Part shown: piece after piece, positions 1 through 12,427 of the stretch
Layout of the letters: every line of letters begins with the position of its first letter
Position numbering within the stretch: the first letter of the stretch is position 1
Assembly: GCA_963842945.1 (NCBI GenBank)
Contig: CAWJIM010000002.1
Location: 288,001-352,000 of the forward strand
Length of the DNA: 64,000 nt
Direction of reading: 5' to 3'
Source of the DNA: an uncultured Gemmatimonadales bacterium
Lineage (GTDB): Bacteria; Gemmatimonadota; Gemmatimonadetes; Gemmatimonadales; GWC2-71-9
Program-made: the position numbers and the translations under genes
Notes under the pieces: generated by a model
What the model saw: the letters and a program-made list of their open reading frames with translations, nothing else
The model's database searches: none
What the model was told of the DNA's origin: nothing

Positions 1-800
1 TTGGCGGCGCCCTGCTCCGGCGGGATGGGCTGAACGCTGAAGAGCAGCCGGGAGCCGGAGGTCGTGGGCTCCTCATAATCGAACACGTCGGGACTCTCCG
101 GCGCCGTGCCGGAGGGATACACCGCGAGACCCACTTCGGTGCGTTGCCGGAACAGCTCGGCCAGACTCCGGTTCCGGTCGGGGACGGCCGGGTGGGCCCA
201 GATCAGTACGCCGGCCACGGCGCTGCGTCCCTCGGCCGAGTGGCGCCGGGCCTCCAGCACGACGTAATATCCACTCGTCCGAGCAGCGAATGAGTCGCCC
301 TCGGCGCGCGGCAGCAACCGGTGCCGCCCGGCCCAGGCCCAAGGCTCGCCGGCGGAGTCGAACACCACCACGCTCATTTCCGGCCCGGCCGACGGCACCA
401 GCCGGCTCAACTCCTGCCAGTGCCGCGCTCGCGGCTCTTTGCCGGACTGGCTATGGCGGCCTCGGCCAGCCGCTCGGCTCGATGTAAGGCCGAATGGAGA
501 TCTGCCGCGAGATGCTGGGAAGCCGCGGTGACGCGCTTCTCTCGCTCCTGGGGCCAGCGGGTTTCGATGGCTCTGATCTGCCGGTGGCCAAGGGAGAGCG
601 CGGTCGCCAGTCCGGCCAGCAGGATCAAGAGCGCACGCCGACGCCACCCTGACAGAGGCCATAGCAGCGCGATTTCCGCCCCGACGCAGATCCAGGCAAC
701 CCACACCCAGAGTCCGCGCGGGCTGCCGCAGCCATTCGGCCGCAGCGACCCCAGCTGCCACGACGACCAGAACCCACGAGCCGCCCGCGATGATTCAAGA
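1..800 (-). CDS. Membrane protein, N-terminal part, runs off the window (possibly a membrane sensor); frameshifted
   Basis: Hydrophobic N-terminal segments (IAGGSWVLVVVAAGVAAAEW; ORF 407..706 ALLILLAGLATAL) followed by a soluble region. No diagnostic motif inside the window; start uncertain. Confidence 0.4.
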
Positions 801-1500
801 GCGACACCCCTGGCGTTTGAAGGAGATGACCCCCGGCGCGGTCAGGCGAGCGGCTGCTGACGCGGCCGACCCTCATCGTGCCGGTGGGGACGACGGAGCA
901 GCACGGTCCCCACCTTCCGCTTGGCTGCGATACAATAATCGTGGAGCGATTGGCCGACGATCTGTCGGAGACGTTTGGGATCGCGCGCACTCCCACGGTC
1001 GAGTACGGCGTGCATGCCACGACCCGGCCCTTCCCTGGCGGGGCCGCGCTCAGACGTCGAACACTTCACCGGGTCATGAACGAACTTATCGAGTCCTGGG
1101 AGGAGGGGGCAGGCGTCCGCGAGTTCTTCATCATCACCGCGCAATCCAGCGAAGCACATCTGGAGGCGCTCAGTGCCATCCGCACCGATGAAGCCACGGT
1201 GCAGGTGGTGGACATCTTCAGCATCGAATTCGGCTCCCTTCTGGAGCGCCCGGCGCCGATCCAGGGTGGCGAGCTGGACACTTCCCTGCTCCTGTTCCTG
1301 GCTCCGCATCTGGTCCACATGGAGCTGGCCCGGGACTTCGATCTACCGCCGGAGATGCTGTCCCGATACCGCCCCGGAGACAGCCGGCACCTTCCGGCCG
1401 GCTCTCCCGGATCGGTGGGCTACCCCAGTCTAGCCAGCGCCCAGAAGGGTGAGCGCCTGTATAGATTTATCGTCGACCGAGTCGAGCACCTGTCTAGAGA
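790..1500 (+). CDS. Creatininase/MftE family protein (divergent); frameshifted
   Basis: WRLKEMT then LIVPVGTTEQHGPHLPLGCD, GGELDTS and GSVGYPSLASAQKGE family motifs. True stop is uncertain. Confidence 0.8.
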
Positions 1501-1522
1501 GATCCTGACGAACGGAGAAGCC

Positions 1523-2170
1523 ATGCGCCTCGCCGCGGTTCTACTCGTGCTCCTGCCGGCCGCTACAGCCCGGGCTCAGGATTCACCTGGGACCAAGCTC
1601 GTTATCCAACAGGGAGGACGGGAGATCGGTCGAGAGGAATTCACGCTGACCCAGGGTCGCGGCCGGGGGGCTCCGGGCACCAGTCTCCGCGCCACCGCAA
1701 CTTATCCGGCAAACAGCCCTACCCTGCGTTTGGCCGCGACACTAGACCGCACCGCGGAATCGGCGCTGGCCAAATTTCAGCTCGACGTCGAAGGGCCGAA
1801 TGGACCGACCGTGATTTTCGCGGCCGGCTCCGGAGCTCGGCTGATCATCCGCACCGTCGCCAAAGGTTCCGAGGCCGGCCGAGAGCTGCCTGGCGGTCCC
1901 GATGTGGTGCTGCTCGATGACCAGGTCTTCTCGCTCTATACTGCGGTGGCGGATCTGGCGACCCCCGCCGGCAAGCCGTTGACGGCGGTCTTCCCTCGAA
2001 CGTGCCCGGCGGGCCTCGTTCGTCGCGCGGCGCGAGTCCGGTGCTGCCGCCGGGGCCCGGGTGACTCTGAGCGGTGACATCCGCGGGACTTGAGCACCGA
2101 CGGCCAGGGCCGGCTGGTTCGACTCGAGCTCCCTGAGTCGGGCACCATCGTGTCTCGCGCTCAGGACTAA
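1523..2170 (+). CDS. Secreted hypothetical protein; frameshifted
   Basis: RBS GGAG before ATG 1523; signal peptide MRLAAVLLVLLPAATARA-QD; beta-rich GREIGREEFTL segment; TAA at 2168-2170. Confidence 0.65.
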
Positions 2171-2212
2171 CGGGCGCGGCTCGGTTCCGCACAATTTTTT
2201 ATCGTCCCAAGT

Positions 2213-2239
2213 TGAAACCATTGCGGCGGGGCCCGCGTA
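2213..2239 (+). promoter_or_regulatory. Putative ECF-sigma promoter (TGAAAC-N17-CGTA)
   Basis: Close match to the SigW-type consensus TGAAAC-N16/17-CGTA, upstream of the exporter operon. Confidence 0.5.
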
Positions 2240-2331
2240 CTACATCGGTCATGATCTCATCCCCAGACCACAAGGCCCTCGCCGCGCTGGAAATCCCGGG
2301 CGGGCGCTCGCTTCGTCACTAAGGAACAGAC

Positions 2332-3621
2332 ATGCTGCGAAGAACCCGGATCTGGCTCATTGTCACTGTTGTGGTTCTGGCAATCGGCGGCGTGGTGGCG
2401 TTCCAGATTCACAAGAAGAAACACGCCGGTACCGAGGTGAGGCTGGAGCAGGTGAGCCGCCGAGACCTGGTGGCCTCGGTTACCGCCAGCGGCAAGATCG
2501 AGGCGAAGACCTCGGTTGATATCAGCGCGGACATCACCGGCCGGATCATCGATATCGCCGTGCGGCGAGGGCGATCTGGTGAAGCGCGGCCAGTTCCTGC
2601 TGCAGATCGACCCGGCACAGTATCAGGCCGCGGTGGCGCGGGCCCAGGGTGTGGTGTCCTCGACCGAGGCCACCCTGCTGCAGACCCGGGCGAGCCGGGA
2701 CCAGGCGCAGCGGGCCTGGGATCGGGCCACGGCAACTGACCGAGCTGGGCGACGAACCTGATTGCCCCGGAGACCGCGGAGCAGGCGCAAACCGCCCTCG
2801 ACGTCGCCGAAGCGAACTACCAGTCCACCAAAGCCCAGCTGGACCAGGCCCGAGCCAGCCTGCAGGAGAGCCAAGGACAACCTGGCCAAGACGCGCCTGA
2901 CTGCGCCCATATCAGGCCGGGTGGTGCGGCTGGCGGTCGAAGAGGGCGAGGTGGCGGTGCCGGGAACCTTCTCCCGGGAAACCGGGCTGCTGATGACCAT
3001 CGCCGACCTGTCGGTGATCCTGGCGAAGGTGCAGGTGGACGAGACCGATGTGGTGCGGCTGAAGCTCCGCGACTCGGTGGAAGTCACCATCGATGCCTAC
3101 CCGGACACCACCTTCTCGGGGCCGGGTGAGCAAGGTGAGTCACAGCGCCAAGCTCACGCCCACCGAAACCGCCTCGGGCTCGAGCGACCGGGCGGTGGAC
3201 TTCGACGTGGAGATCACGCTCCGGAATCCGCCGCCGACATCCGCCCCGACCTGAGCTGCACCGCCCGGATCATCACCGATACCCGGAACAACGCGCTGAG
3301 CATTCCCATCATCGCGCTGACCGTGCGCGAGCACGAGAAGATCCCCAACGAGTCCGAGGCCGAGCACCGCAGGTCGACACCCTGCGGGCCCGGTTCAGGA
3401 AGAAGGAGGCGGAAGGCGTGTTTGTCGTGCGCAACGGGGTCGCCACCTTCCGTCCGGTCAAGGTCGGCGTAGCGGGAGACGACTATTTCGAGGTGGTGGA
3501 CGGCCTGCGGGAGGGCGAGACCATCGTGGCGGGAACCTACCAGGCCATCCGGGACCTGAAGGATGGCGCCAAGGTGCGCCAGGCCGACACCACCAAGACC
3601 CGGGAAGCGAAGTCGTCCTAG
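2332..3621 (+). CDS. Efflux periplasmic adaptor (MacA/HlyD-family membrane fusion protein); frameshifted
   Basis: N-terminal TM; VTASGKIEA, EGDLVKRGQFLLQID, TRLTAPISGRVV, VDETDV, VVDGLREGETIV motifs across ORFs 2332, 2516, 2762, 3418. Confidence 0.9.
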
Positions 3622-4881
3622 ATGCGCCTGCTGGAAGCGGTCCGGATGGCGCTTCGCACCCTCCGGGCACAGAAGCTGAAGAGCTTCTTCTCGCTGGTCG
3701 GCGTGCTGATCGGCGTGACGTTCCTCATCGCCGTGGTGTCGATCGTTCAGGGCATGAACCGCTACATGGTGGACCGGTTCGCCAACACGCTGGTGGGGGC
3801 CAATACCTTCGAGCTGCGGCAGCGCCCCAGCATCATCACCGGCAACGTGTCCGGAGGATGTCTGGCTGGCCTGGCGCCGGCGCCCCCGAATCAGCTACGA
3901 CGATGCCGACTACGTCCGCGAGCGGATCCAGCACCCCGGCCACGTTCGCCAAGTTCTGCGAGGACCGCGTGGCGGTGCACTATGGCGGCAAGGTGGCCAA
4001 GGACATCGGACTGAGCGGGCACGGAAGAGAGCTACTTCAAGATCAAGAACTATGAGATCACCGCCGGGCCGCGCCTTCACCTCGCAGGAGGTCAGCACCG
4101 GCGCAGCCGGTGCTGGTGATCGGCTCAGGAGCTCGCCGACAAACTGCTGCAAGGGCGTGGATCCCGATCGGCAAGAAGGTCATCATCGGCGGCCTTCCCT
4201 ACCGGGTCGATCGGCGTGGTGGCAAGACAGGGCACATCTCTTCGGGCTCTCGCTGGACAAGTTCGCCATCATGCCCTTCAGCGCTCCAGGCCGGCGGCTG
4301 ATCTGCCCCATCAACATTCTGGATGCCCTCATCGTCCAGACCGCCGATCCGACCGAGATGCAGATCGCCCTGGGCCGAGACGGAGGCGATCATGCGAAGC
4401 CGCCGGCAGCTGAAGCCGGGGCAGGAGAAGCAATTTCGCCTTTCAGACCGCGGAGGGAGCGCTGGGCAGCTGGCAGAAGATCTCGCGAGGTGCTGTTCGT
4501 GGCCCTGCCCGGGCTGGTGGCGATCTCGCTGGTGGTCGGCGGGATCGTGATCATGAACATCATGCTGATGGCGGTGAGCGAACGGACCCGCGAGATCGGG
4601 ATTCGCAAGGCGCTTGGGCGCGCGGCGGCGGGACATCCTGGCCCAGTTCGTGGTCGAATCGGCCACCCTCTCTGCGGTGGGAGCAGCGCTCGGCATCGGC
4701 CTGGGCATCGCGTCTGGCCTTCGTCGGTCAAGGCGTTGACCCCACTTGCCCGGCGGCGGTGGCGCCCTGGTCCATCGTCGTGGGCGTGGTGCTGGGCGTG
4801 AGCGTGGGCATCGCGGCCGGGGTGTATCCTGCGAGCCGGGCCTCCCGCCTGGATCCCATCGACGCGCTGAGGGCCGAATGA
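3622..4881 (+). CDS. MacB/FtsX-like ABC transporter permease; frameshifted
   Basis: [65 protein letters not shown]. Confidence 0.9.
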
Positions 4882-6149
4882 GGCGGCACGCAAGGGCAGC
4901 GCTGCTTTCCCGGATGCTGGAGGGATCGGCCATCGCCCTCGACTCGATCCGGGCCAACAAGGTGCGGGCCGCGCTCTGACCATCCTGGGCGTGGCGATCG
5001 GGGTGACGGTGGTGATCGCCATGGCCTCCGCAATAACCGGGATCAACCAGCAGCATCACCAGACATCCTCGAGTCCGCCGGACCCAAGACCTTCTTCGTC
5101 TACCGCTACTTCTCCGGCGGGCTCGAGGTCTCCGACGGCTCGGACGAGATGTCCCCCTGGCGCCGGATGCCGTGGCTCACGGTGGAAGAGGCCGAGCTGA
5201 TCCGGAACCTTCCCGCGGTGCGGGATGTCAACATCGGCGAGTACACCAGCGGGCCCGGTGAGCTTCGAGGGGGTGGAGCTCAAGAGCGTCGACGATCGCC
5301 GGGATGAGTCCGAGCTGGAACCAGGTGAACGGAGGCGACATCCTGGCCGGGCGGAACTACACCCCCATGGAGTACGCGGCCGGAGCGCGGGTGGTCGTGA
5401 TCAACGACAAGCTGGCCGAGTCGCTCTTCCCCCGGCCGCGACGCCGTCGGCAAGCGGATCAAGATCTTCGGCGAGCCATTCGAGGTGATCGGGATGCACG
5501 CGGAGGCGGCGTCGCTCTTCAGCAACGCCGATGAGCCGCGGCTGGCCATTCCGCATACCACGTTCACCAAGGTGGCGGAGTACTGAGAAGGGCTGGATGG
5601 ACATCGCGGTGCTGCCGACGGAGACAGCCACCGTGCAGGAGGCGCAGGATCAGGTGACGACCGCGCTTCGGAGCAACCGCGGGCTCCGGCCGGGCCAGCC
5701 GGACAACTTTGCGGTGGTGAGCCAGGACCGGATGCTCGACACCTTCAACAAGATCACGGCGGCGTTCTTCGTGGTGATGATCGCCTTGTCCAGCGTCGGG
5801 CTGATGGTGGGAGGCGTGGGCGTGGTGGCGATCATGATGATCTCGGTTACCGAACGCACCCGGGAGATCGGAGTGCGCAAGGCGCTGGGCGCCACCCGGC
5901 GGGAGATCATGTTCCAGTTCCTGGTCGAGGCGGCGACGCTCACGCTGGTCGGCTGCCTCGTGGGGATGGCGGCTGGGGCGCTGATCGCCTGGGCGATCCG
6001 TTCCTTCACCCCGATCCCCGCCACGGTACCGCTGCTGTCGGTCGTAGCGGCGGTGACTGGCGTCGATTCTCACCGGTGTGCTGTTCGGACTCTATCCGGC
6101 CAGCAAGGCGTCCGGACTGGATCCGGTGGAGGCGCTGCGGTACGAGTAG
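4878..6149 (+). CDS. MacB/FtsX-like ABC transporter permease 2; frameshifted
   Basis: ATGA overlap with the previous gene; [29 protein letters not shown]; ends [10 protein letters not shown]. Confidence 0.9.
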
Positions 6150-6171
6150 AGGCCCTCCGACCCTCCGCCTC

Positions 6172-7065
6172 TCACGTAGCCTTGCGATATTTCCGGCCCA
6201 CCACCACTGCCGCCCAGCCTACCATCAGCGCCGGTACCACGAAGCCGAGTGAGGCAATAACGCCGGCCACGAGGCCCACGAAGTTCCGCCACGCCGTCTT
6301 GAACGCTTCGGCAATCGGGCTGCGCCCTGGGGCCGAGGCGACGAGGGGCGCCGGCTCGTAAAGGTTTACCGACAGAGTGCTGAGCTGGGCGCTGGCCTTG
6401 AGGAAGCGCATCCGGCCTTCCATCCGCTCGATCTCCTCGCGCACCCGCGCGAGCTCGTGCTCGACCGAGAGGACATCCTGGAGCTTGCCGGTCCGGGTCC
6501 GGAGCAGCTCGATCAGCCGCTCCTCCAGCCGGCGGGCATTCACCACCCGCGCGGTCAGGTCCACGAACTCCTCGCTCACATCTTCGGCTGCGACGTTGAC
6601 GAACTGCAAACGGCCGAGCGGTCGGAGCCCTTCGGTGAGATCATCGAACCTGGACGCCGGCACTTTGAGCTGGAGCGTGGCCGACCTCACCTGATTCCGG
6701 CCGCTCTGAACCGAGGCATCTGCCACGAACCCTCCCACCCGCTGCGCCACGCGGCGCAGCTCGGCGATGGCTGGCTCGAGCGAGTCGACCTCGATGCCGG
6801 CCTGCCCGGTGCGGACAATCAGCCGATCCGCCGCATCGGACCCCGAATAGCGGGACCAGGTGTTGCCGTCTTCGTTTGCCTTGGGTGCCTGAGCCTGAGA
6901 GGTTGGCCGGCCGCCCACCACTCCCAGGGGTACGGGGCTGGCGGACTTCACATCGGCTTCGAGGTTCCGTTGGGCTTTCTCCGGCTCTGACTTGCTCAGG
7001 TTGCGGTCACACGCCGTCAGCAGGGCCGCCTGGAGCAGCCCGATAATCATGATCTGTGCTCGCAC
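6172..7065 (-). CDS. DUF4349-family lipoprotein
   Basis: Lipobox [15 protein letters not shown], coiled coil, C-terminal TM typical of DUF4349. Confidence 0.8.
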   Translation of the reverse strand: MRAQIMIIGLLQAALLTACDRNLSKSEPEKAQRNLEADVKSASPVPLGVVGGRPTSQAQAPKANEDGNTWSRYSGSDAADRLIVRTGQAGIEVDSLEPAIAELRRVAQRVGGFVADASVQSGRNQVRSATLQLKVPASRFDDLTEGLRPLGRLQFVNVAAEDVSEEFVDLTARVVNARRLEERLIELLRTRTGKLQDVLSVEHELARVREEIERMEGRMRFLKASAQLSTLSVNLYEPAPLVASAPGRSPIAEAFKTAWRNFVGLVAGVIASLGFVVPALMVGWAAVVVGRKYRKAT

Positions 7066-7147
7066 AATGCCTCCTTGGGGAGCACAGGAGATGCGGGTCG
7101 CCGTTCAGCTTGCACAGTGCAGAGCGTGGCAGTGGATATATTCCACT

Positions 7148-7867
7148 ATGCCCGTAGACATCCTGGCCCTCGCCGCTCATCGAGACGACGTCGAGCTCAC
7201 CTGTGCGGGCACTCTATTGAAGGCGGTCGATGCGGGATACAGGGTCGGGATTCTGGACCTGACCGAGGGAGAGACCGGGACCCGGGGGAGTGCCTCACTT
7301 CGAGCGGAAGAGGCCGAGCGCGCGGCCAAGATTCTGGGAGTAACTGAGCGGCGGAATGCCGGATTGCCGGACGCGCACTTGCAGAACTCGGAGGAGACTC
7401 GGCGCATTGTGATCGAGCACATCCGCCACTTTGCGCCTCGCGTCGTCATTCTTCCCTTCCCCGTGGGACGGCATCCCGATCACCGCATCGCGTCGGAACT
7501 GGGACGGGACGCATGCTACCTGGCCGGCCTGGAGCGATATCACGCGAGCGGATCCCCGCACCGTCCTCACAAGCTGCTCTATGCTCTCTCCTATCGAGAG
7601 GATCCCGATCAAGCCGACGCTTCGTGGTGGATATCAGCGCGCAATTCGAGCGCAAGCTCGTCGGCCATCAAGTGCTACGCCAGCCAGTTCGACGGCGCCA
7701 AGGCGGCTGGAGAGATTTTCCCCACGGGACAGGATCTGTATTCGCTGGTCGAGACCCAGAACGCCCACTACGGCTCCCTGATACGGAAGCGCTATGGCGA
7801 GCCGTTCTTCACCCATGAAACCATGGAAGTGGACGACGTGGTGAAGCTGGGCGTTCGGAGCATCTGA
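7148..7867 (+). CDS. bshB1: Bacillithiol biosynthesis deacetylase BshB1 (PIG-L family)
   Basis: DILALAAHRDDVELTCAGTL, DLTEGETGTRG, RHPDH, YASQF, YGEPF. Confidence 0.8.
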   Translation: MPVDILALAAHRDDVELTCAGTLLKAVDAGYRVGILDLTEGETGTRGSASLRAEEAERAAKILGVTERRNAGLPDAHLQNSEETRRIVIEHIRHFAPRVVILPFPVGRHPDHRIASELGRDACYLAGLERYHASGSPHRPHKLLYALSYREDPDQADASWWISARNSSASSSAIKCYASQFDGAKAAGEIFPTGQDLYSLVETQNAHYGSLIRKRYGEPFFTHETMEVDDVVKLGVRSI

Positions 7868-7888
7868 AGTAGGCGCTATCTTACCGAT

Positions 7889-9065
7889 ATGAAGCCGCCC
7901 GTCTACCTGGACCACGCCGCCACCACCCCGGTTCGCCCCGAGGTGCTGGAGGCCATGCTGCCCTACCTCACGGACCAGTCCTTCGGCAACCCCTCCAGCG
8001 CCCACCGCTTTGGGCGGGCGGCCCGGGCGGGCATCGAGCAGGCTCGCCGGCAGATGGCGGAGGCGCTGGGCGCCGAGCCGGACCAGGTGGTCTTTACCTC
8101 CGGCGGCACCGAGGCGGACAACCTCGGCATCGTGGGAGCGGCGCTGGCCGCGCGGGAGCGGGGCGGCCGATGTGCGCCGCGGTCTCGGCGGTCGAGCACA
8201 AGGCGGTGCTGGCCGCGGCGCATGCCGTGTGTCACCTGGGCGGGCGAGAGGTCCTGCTGCCGGTGGACAGCGCCGGCATGCTCGAGCTGGATGCGCTGGA
8301 CCGCGCACTGGCCGAAATGCCTGCGGTGGTCTCGGTCATGTGGGTCAACAACGAGATCGGCGTGGTCCAGCCGGTGGCAGAGATCGCCGAGCGATGCCGC
8401 GATGCCGGCGTCATCTTCCACACCGACGCGGTCCAGGCAGTGGGCAAGGTGCCGGTGTCGCTCCAGAGCCTCTGCTGCACCCTGCTCACCATCTCGGGTC
8501 ACAAGATCGGGGCGCCCAAGGGTATCGGCGCCCTGATCGTGCGGGACCGCAAGGCGATCGAGGCCATCATCCACGGCGGCGGCCAGCAGTTCGGGATCCG
8601 CCCGGGTACCGAGAACGTGGCCGGCGCCGTGGCCCTGGGGCGGGCGGTGCAGCTGGCCGCCGCGGAGCAGAGGCCCTGGCGCGAGCGCTCTGTGACGCTG
8701 CGGGACGAGCTGGCCGCGCCGGCTCAAGGCGACGGTGCCCGACCTGGTGGTCAACGCCGAGGGAAGCGAGCGCGCGCCCCATCTCTTGAGCATCGCGGTG
8801 CAAGGCGCGGACAGCGAGGCGCTGCTGATGCACCTCGATCTCGCCGGCATCGCGGCGTCCAGCGGGTCGGCCTGCTCGACCGGTGCGGTCGAGCCCTCGC
8901 ACGTGCTGGTGGCCATGGGCGTGCCGCGGGAGCTGGCGCTGGGCACCATCCGGTTCAGCTTTGGCCGGGAGAGCAGCATGGACGACGTGGACCGGGCCGT
9001 GGAGGTGGTTCCGGGGGTGGTCGGCGAAGGTGCGGAAGCTGGCGGGGGTGCTGGGTCGTGCGGGA
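7889..9065 (+). CDS. iscS: Cysteine desulfurase (IscS/NifS type); frameshifted
   Basis: [35 protein letters not shown] (PLP lysine), RPGTENV, SSGSAC catalytic Cys. End uncertain. Confidence 0.9.
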
Positions 9066-10153
9066 CGAGCGAGCGAGCGAGCCGCCGACGAGCGTCGAGC
9101 CGCGGTTCTGGTCGCCATGTCGGGCGGAGTGGACAGCTCCGTGGCCGCTGCCCGCCTGGTTGAGCAGGGCTACGACGTGGTGGGCGCCACCATGAAGCTG
9201 TTCTGCTACGGCGACGAGGTCCCCGACCGGCCCTGCTGCTCGCTGGATTCCATCAACGACGCGCGCGACGTCGCGCACGCTCTGGGCATCCCGCACTACG
9301 TTCTCAATCTGGAGGACCGGTTCAATCTGCACGTCATTCAGAACTTCGTCAGCGAGTACAGCCGGGGCCGGACGCCGATCCCCTGCGTGCGCTGCAACTC
9401 GTTCACCAAGTTCCGCGACCTGCTGGCCCACGCCGATGCGCTGGACTGCGACTACATCGCCACCGGCCACTACGCCATCGCCCGGGACGGCGCGCTCTAC
9501 CGGGGCGCGGATCCCGCCAAGGACCAGAGCTACTTCCTCTGGGGGATCGACCGCCAGGTGGTCGCCCGGATGCTGACGCCGGTCGGCGAGCTGACCAAGC
9601 CAGAGACCCGGGCCTATGCCCGGCGGCTGGGACTCACCACCGCGGAGAAGCAGGAGTCGGTCGAGATCTGCTTCGTTCCCAACGACGACTACGTCTCGGT
9701 GCTGGAGCGCCATCTCCCCGCCGATGCGCCGGCGCTCGCTCCGGGCCCGCTGGTCACCACCGCGGGCGAGGTCATCGGCGAGCACCAGGGCTATGGCCGA
9801 TACACCATCGGGCAGCGGAAGGGGTTGCCCGGCGGGTTCGATCGGACCGCGCTACGTGGTGGCCATTCGCCCGGAGCGGCGTGAAGTCGTGGTGGGCGAG
9901 TGCCGAGGACCTGGCGGGGCACAGCGTAACGCTGGAGGAGTTGAACTGGCTGGCAGATCCGCTGGAGCCGGGTGAGCGCTGTCGAGGTACAGATCCGGTA
10001 TCGGGCTCGCGCCGCACGTGCCGTAGTGTTGGACAGGGATTCGGACCAGCTGACCCTGGCACTGGAAACCCCGGTCCGCGCCATCACGCCCGGGCCAGTC
10101 GGGCGTGCTCTACGACCGGTGACCGGGTTCTGGGCGGAGGGGTCATCTCCTGA
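9065..10153 (+). CDS. mnmA: tRNA 2-thiouridine(34) synthase MnmA; frameshifted
   Basis: [57 protein letters not shown]. Start uncertain. Confidence 0.95.
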
Positions 10154-10162
10154 GGGCGACCG

Positions 10163-10578
10163 CTGCCGTTCTCTCCTGCTTCACTGGATCCTGAATGCCG
10201 CCGCGCTGTGGATTGCCGCTGCCGTCGTTCCCGGGCTCGACTTCAACGGAGGGCCCGGGCCGGCTACTTCTGGTGGCTGCGGTGTTCGGCATCGTCAACA
10301 GCACCCTCCGGCCCCTGCTCACCATCCTCACCTGCCCCCTGATCGTCGTCACCCTGGGCCTGTTCACCCTGGTGATCAACGCGCTGATGCTGCTGGTGAC
10401 GGGATGGCTCTCGGAGAGCTGGGACCTGGGCTTTACGGTGAGCGGCTTCTGGGCGGCGTTCTTGGGCGGGCTGGTGGTGGGACTGGTGAGTATGGTTTTG
10501 TCGTTGGTGATGGCGGACGAAGGAGCCGCGAGTCAGGAGTCACGAGTCACCGAATGCGATCGGCCAGGTCGCCTCTAA
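10163..10578 (+). CDS. 4-TM holin-like membrane protein (YvlD/superfamily IV type)
   Basis: NAAALW...AAVFGIVNSTLRPLLTILTCPLIVVTLGLFTLVINALML...SGFWAAFLG. Confidence 0.85.
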
Positions 10579-10602
10579 GACCTCGCGGCTGGTGACTCGC
10601 GA

Positions 10603-10606
<4 letters not shown>
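10530..10606. repeat. Inverted heptamer (GAGTCAS) tandem repeats forming a hairpin
   Basis: GAGTCAG GAGTCAC GAGTCAC ... GGTGACTCGCGACT; 13/14 inverted match between the arms. Confidence 0.6.
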
Positions 10607-11720
<1,114 letters not shown>

Positions 11721-11721
11721 G

Positions 11722-12365
11722 TTAGCGCTGCCCTGGTCGGAGTAGACCTGGACCCGGGCCGGGCGCACCAGCGTACCCTTGAACCGGTAGCCCGGCTGGA
11801 ACGTGGCGCTCACCTGCTGCTCCTTGGACGATCCGGGGCAGGCGCGGTGGAGACCGCCTCGTGCATCGCGGGATCGAACGGGGTCCCGACCGGGTCGATC
11901 CGCTCCACTCCGGCATCCTCCAGCTCCTTCCAGAGCTTCCGGTCCACCGCGCTGAGCCCCTCGCGCAGGGTGGCGAGAGGGGTGGCCGGGTCGCTGGCGA
12001 CCAGCCGATCCAGTCGTCCAGGACATCGAGCAGCTTGGCCACGAAACTGGCCTGGGCCCGGTCGCTCAGCTCGGCTCGCTCTCGGTTGATGCGCTTGCGG
12101 TAGTTGTCGAACTCGGCCGCCAGCCGGAGATGGCGGTCCTTCAGCTCGGCCAGTTCGTTCTCCAGCCGGGTGTCCTGCCCCCCCAGAAACTGGGGCTGGG
12201 TGTCTCGGTCCGGGACGACGGCTCCGCGCTCATATCGGTCGAGGCGATATCCCGCCCATCGGCGCTGCGGCCGGTGTCGCTCTCCGGCTCGGCCATTCCG
12301 GCAGGAGTGTCGACGGGAGGTCTGTTGCCATCGGAATCGCGTCCAAATCCACGCTGTTTTGCCAC
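11722..12365 (-). CDS. grpE: Nucleotide exchange factor GrpE; frameshifted
   Basis: [41 protein letters not shown]. Confidence 0.92.
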
Positions 12366-12427
12366 TTTATACGCTCACTCTCGAGACTCACCAAAGATAA
12401 CATCTAGCCCAGCTTCAAACCGTGCCA

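Noticed and set aside
878..2077. Creatininase fused to a secreted protein (399-aa ORF)
   Set aside because: The second half has its own RBS, ATG (1523) and signal peptide. A lost stop from an indel is more likely.
10163..10578. Prophage implied by a holin-family gene
   Set aside because: This family is common in non-phage contexts, and there is no integrase, endolysin or structural gene nearby.
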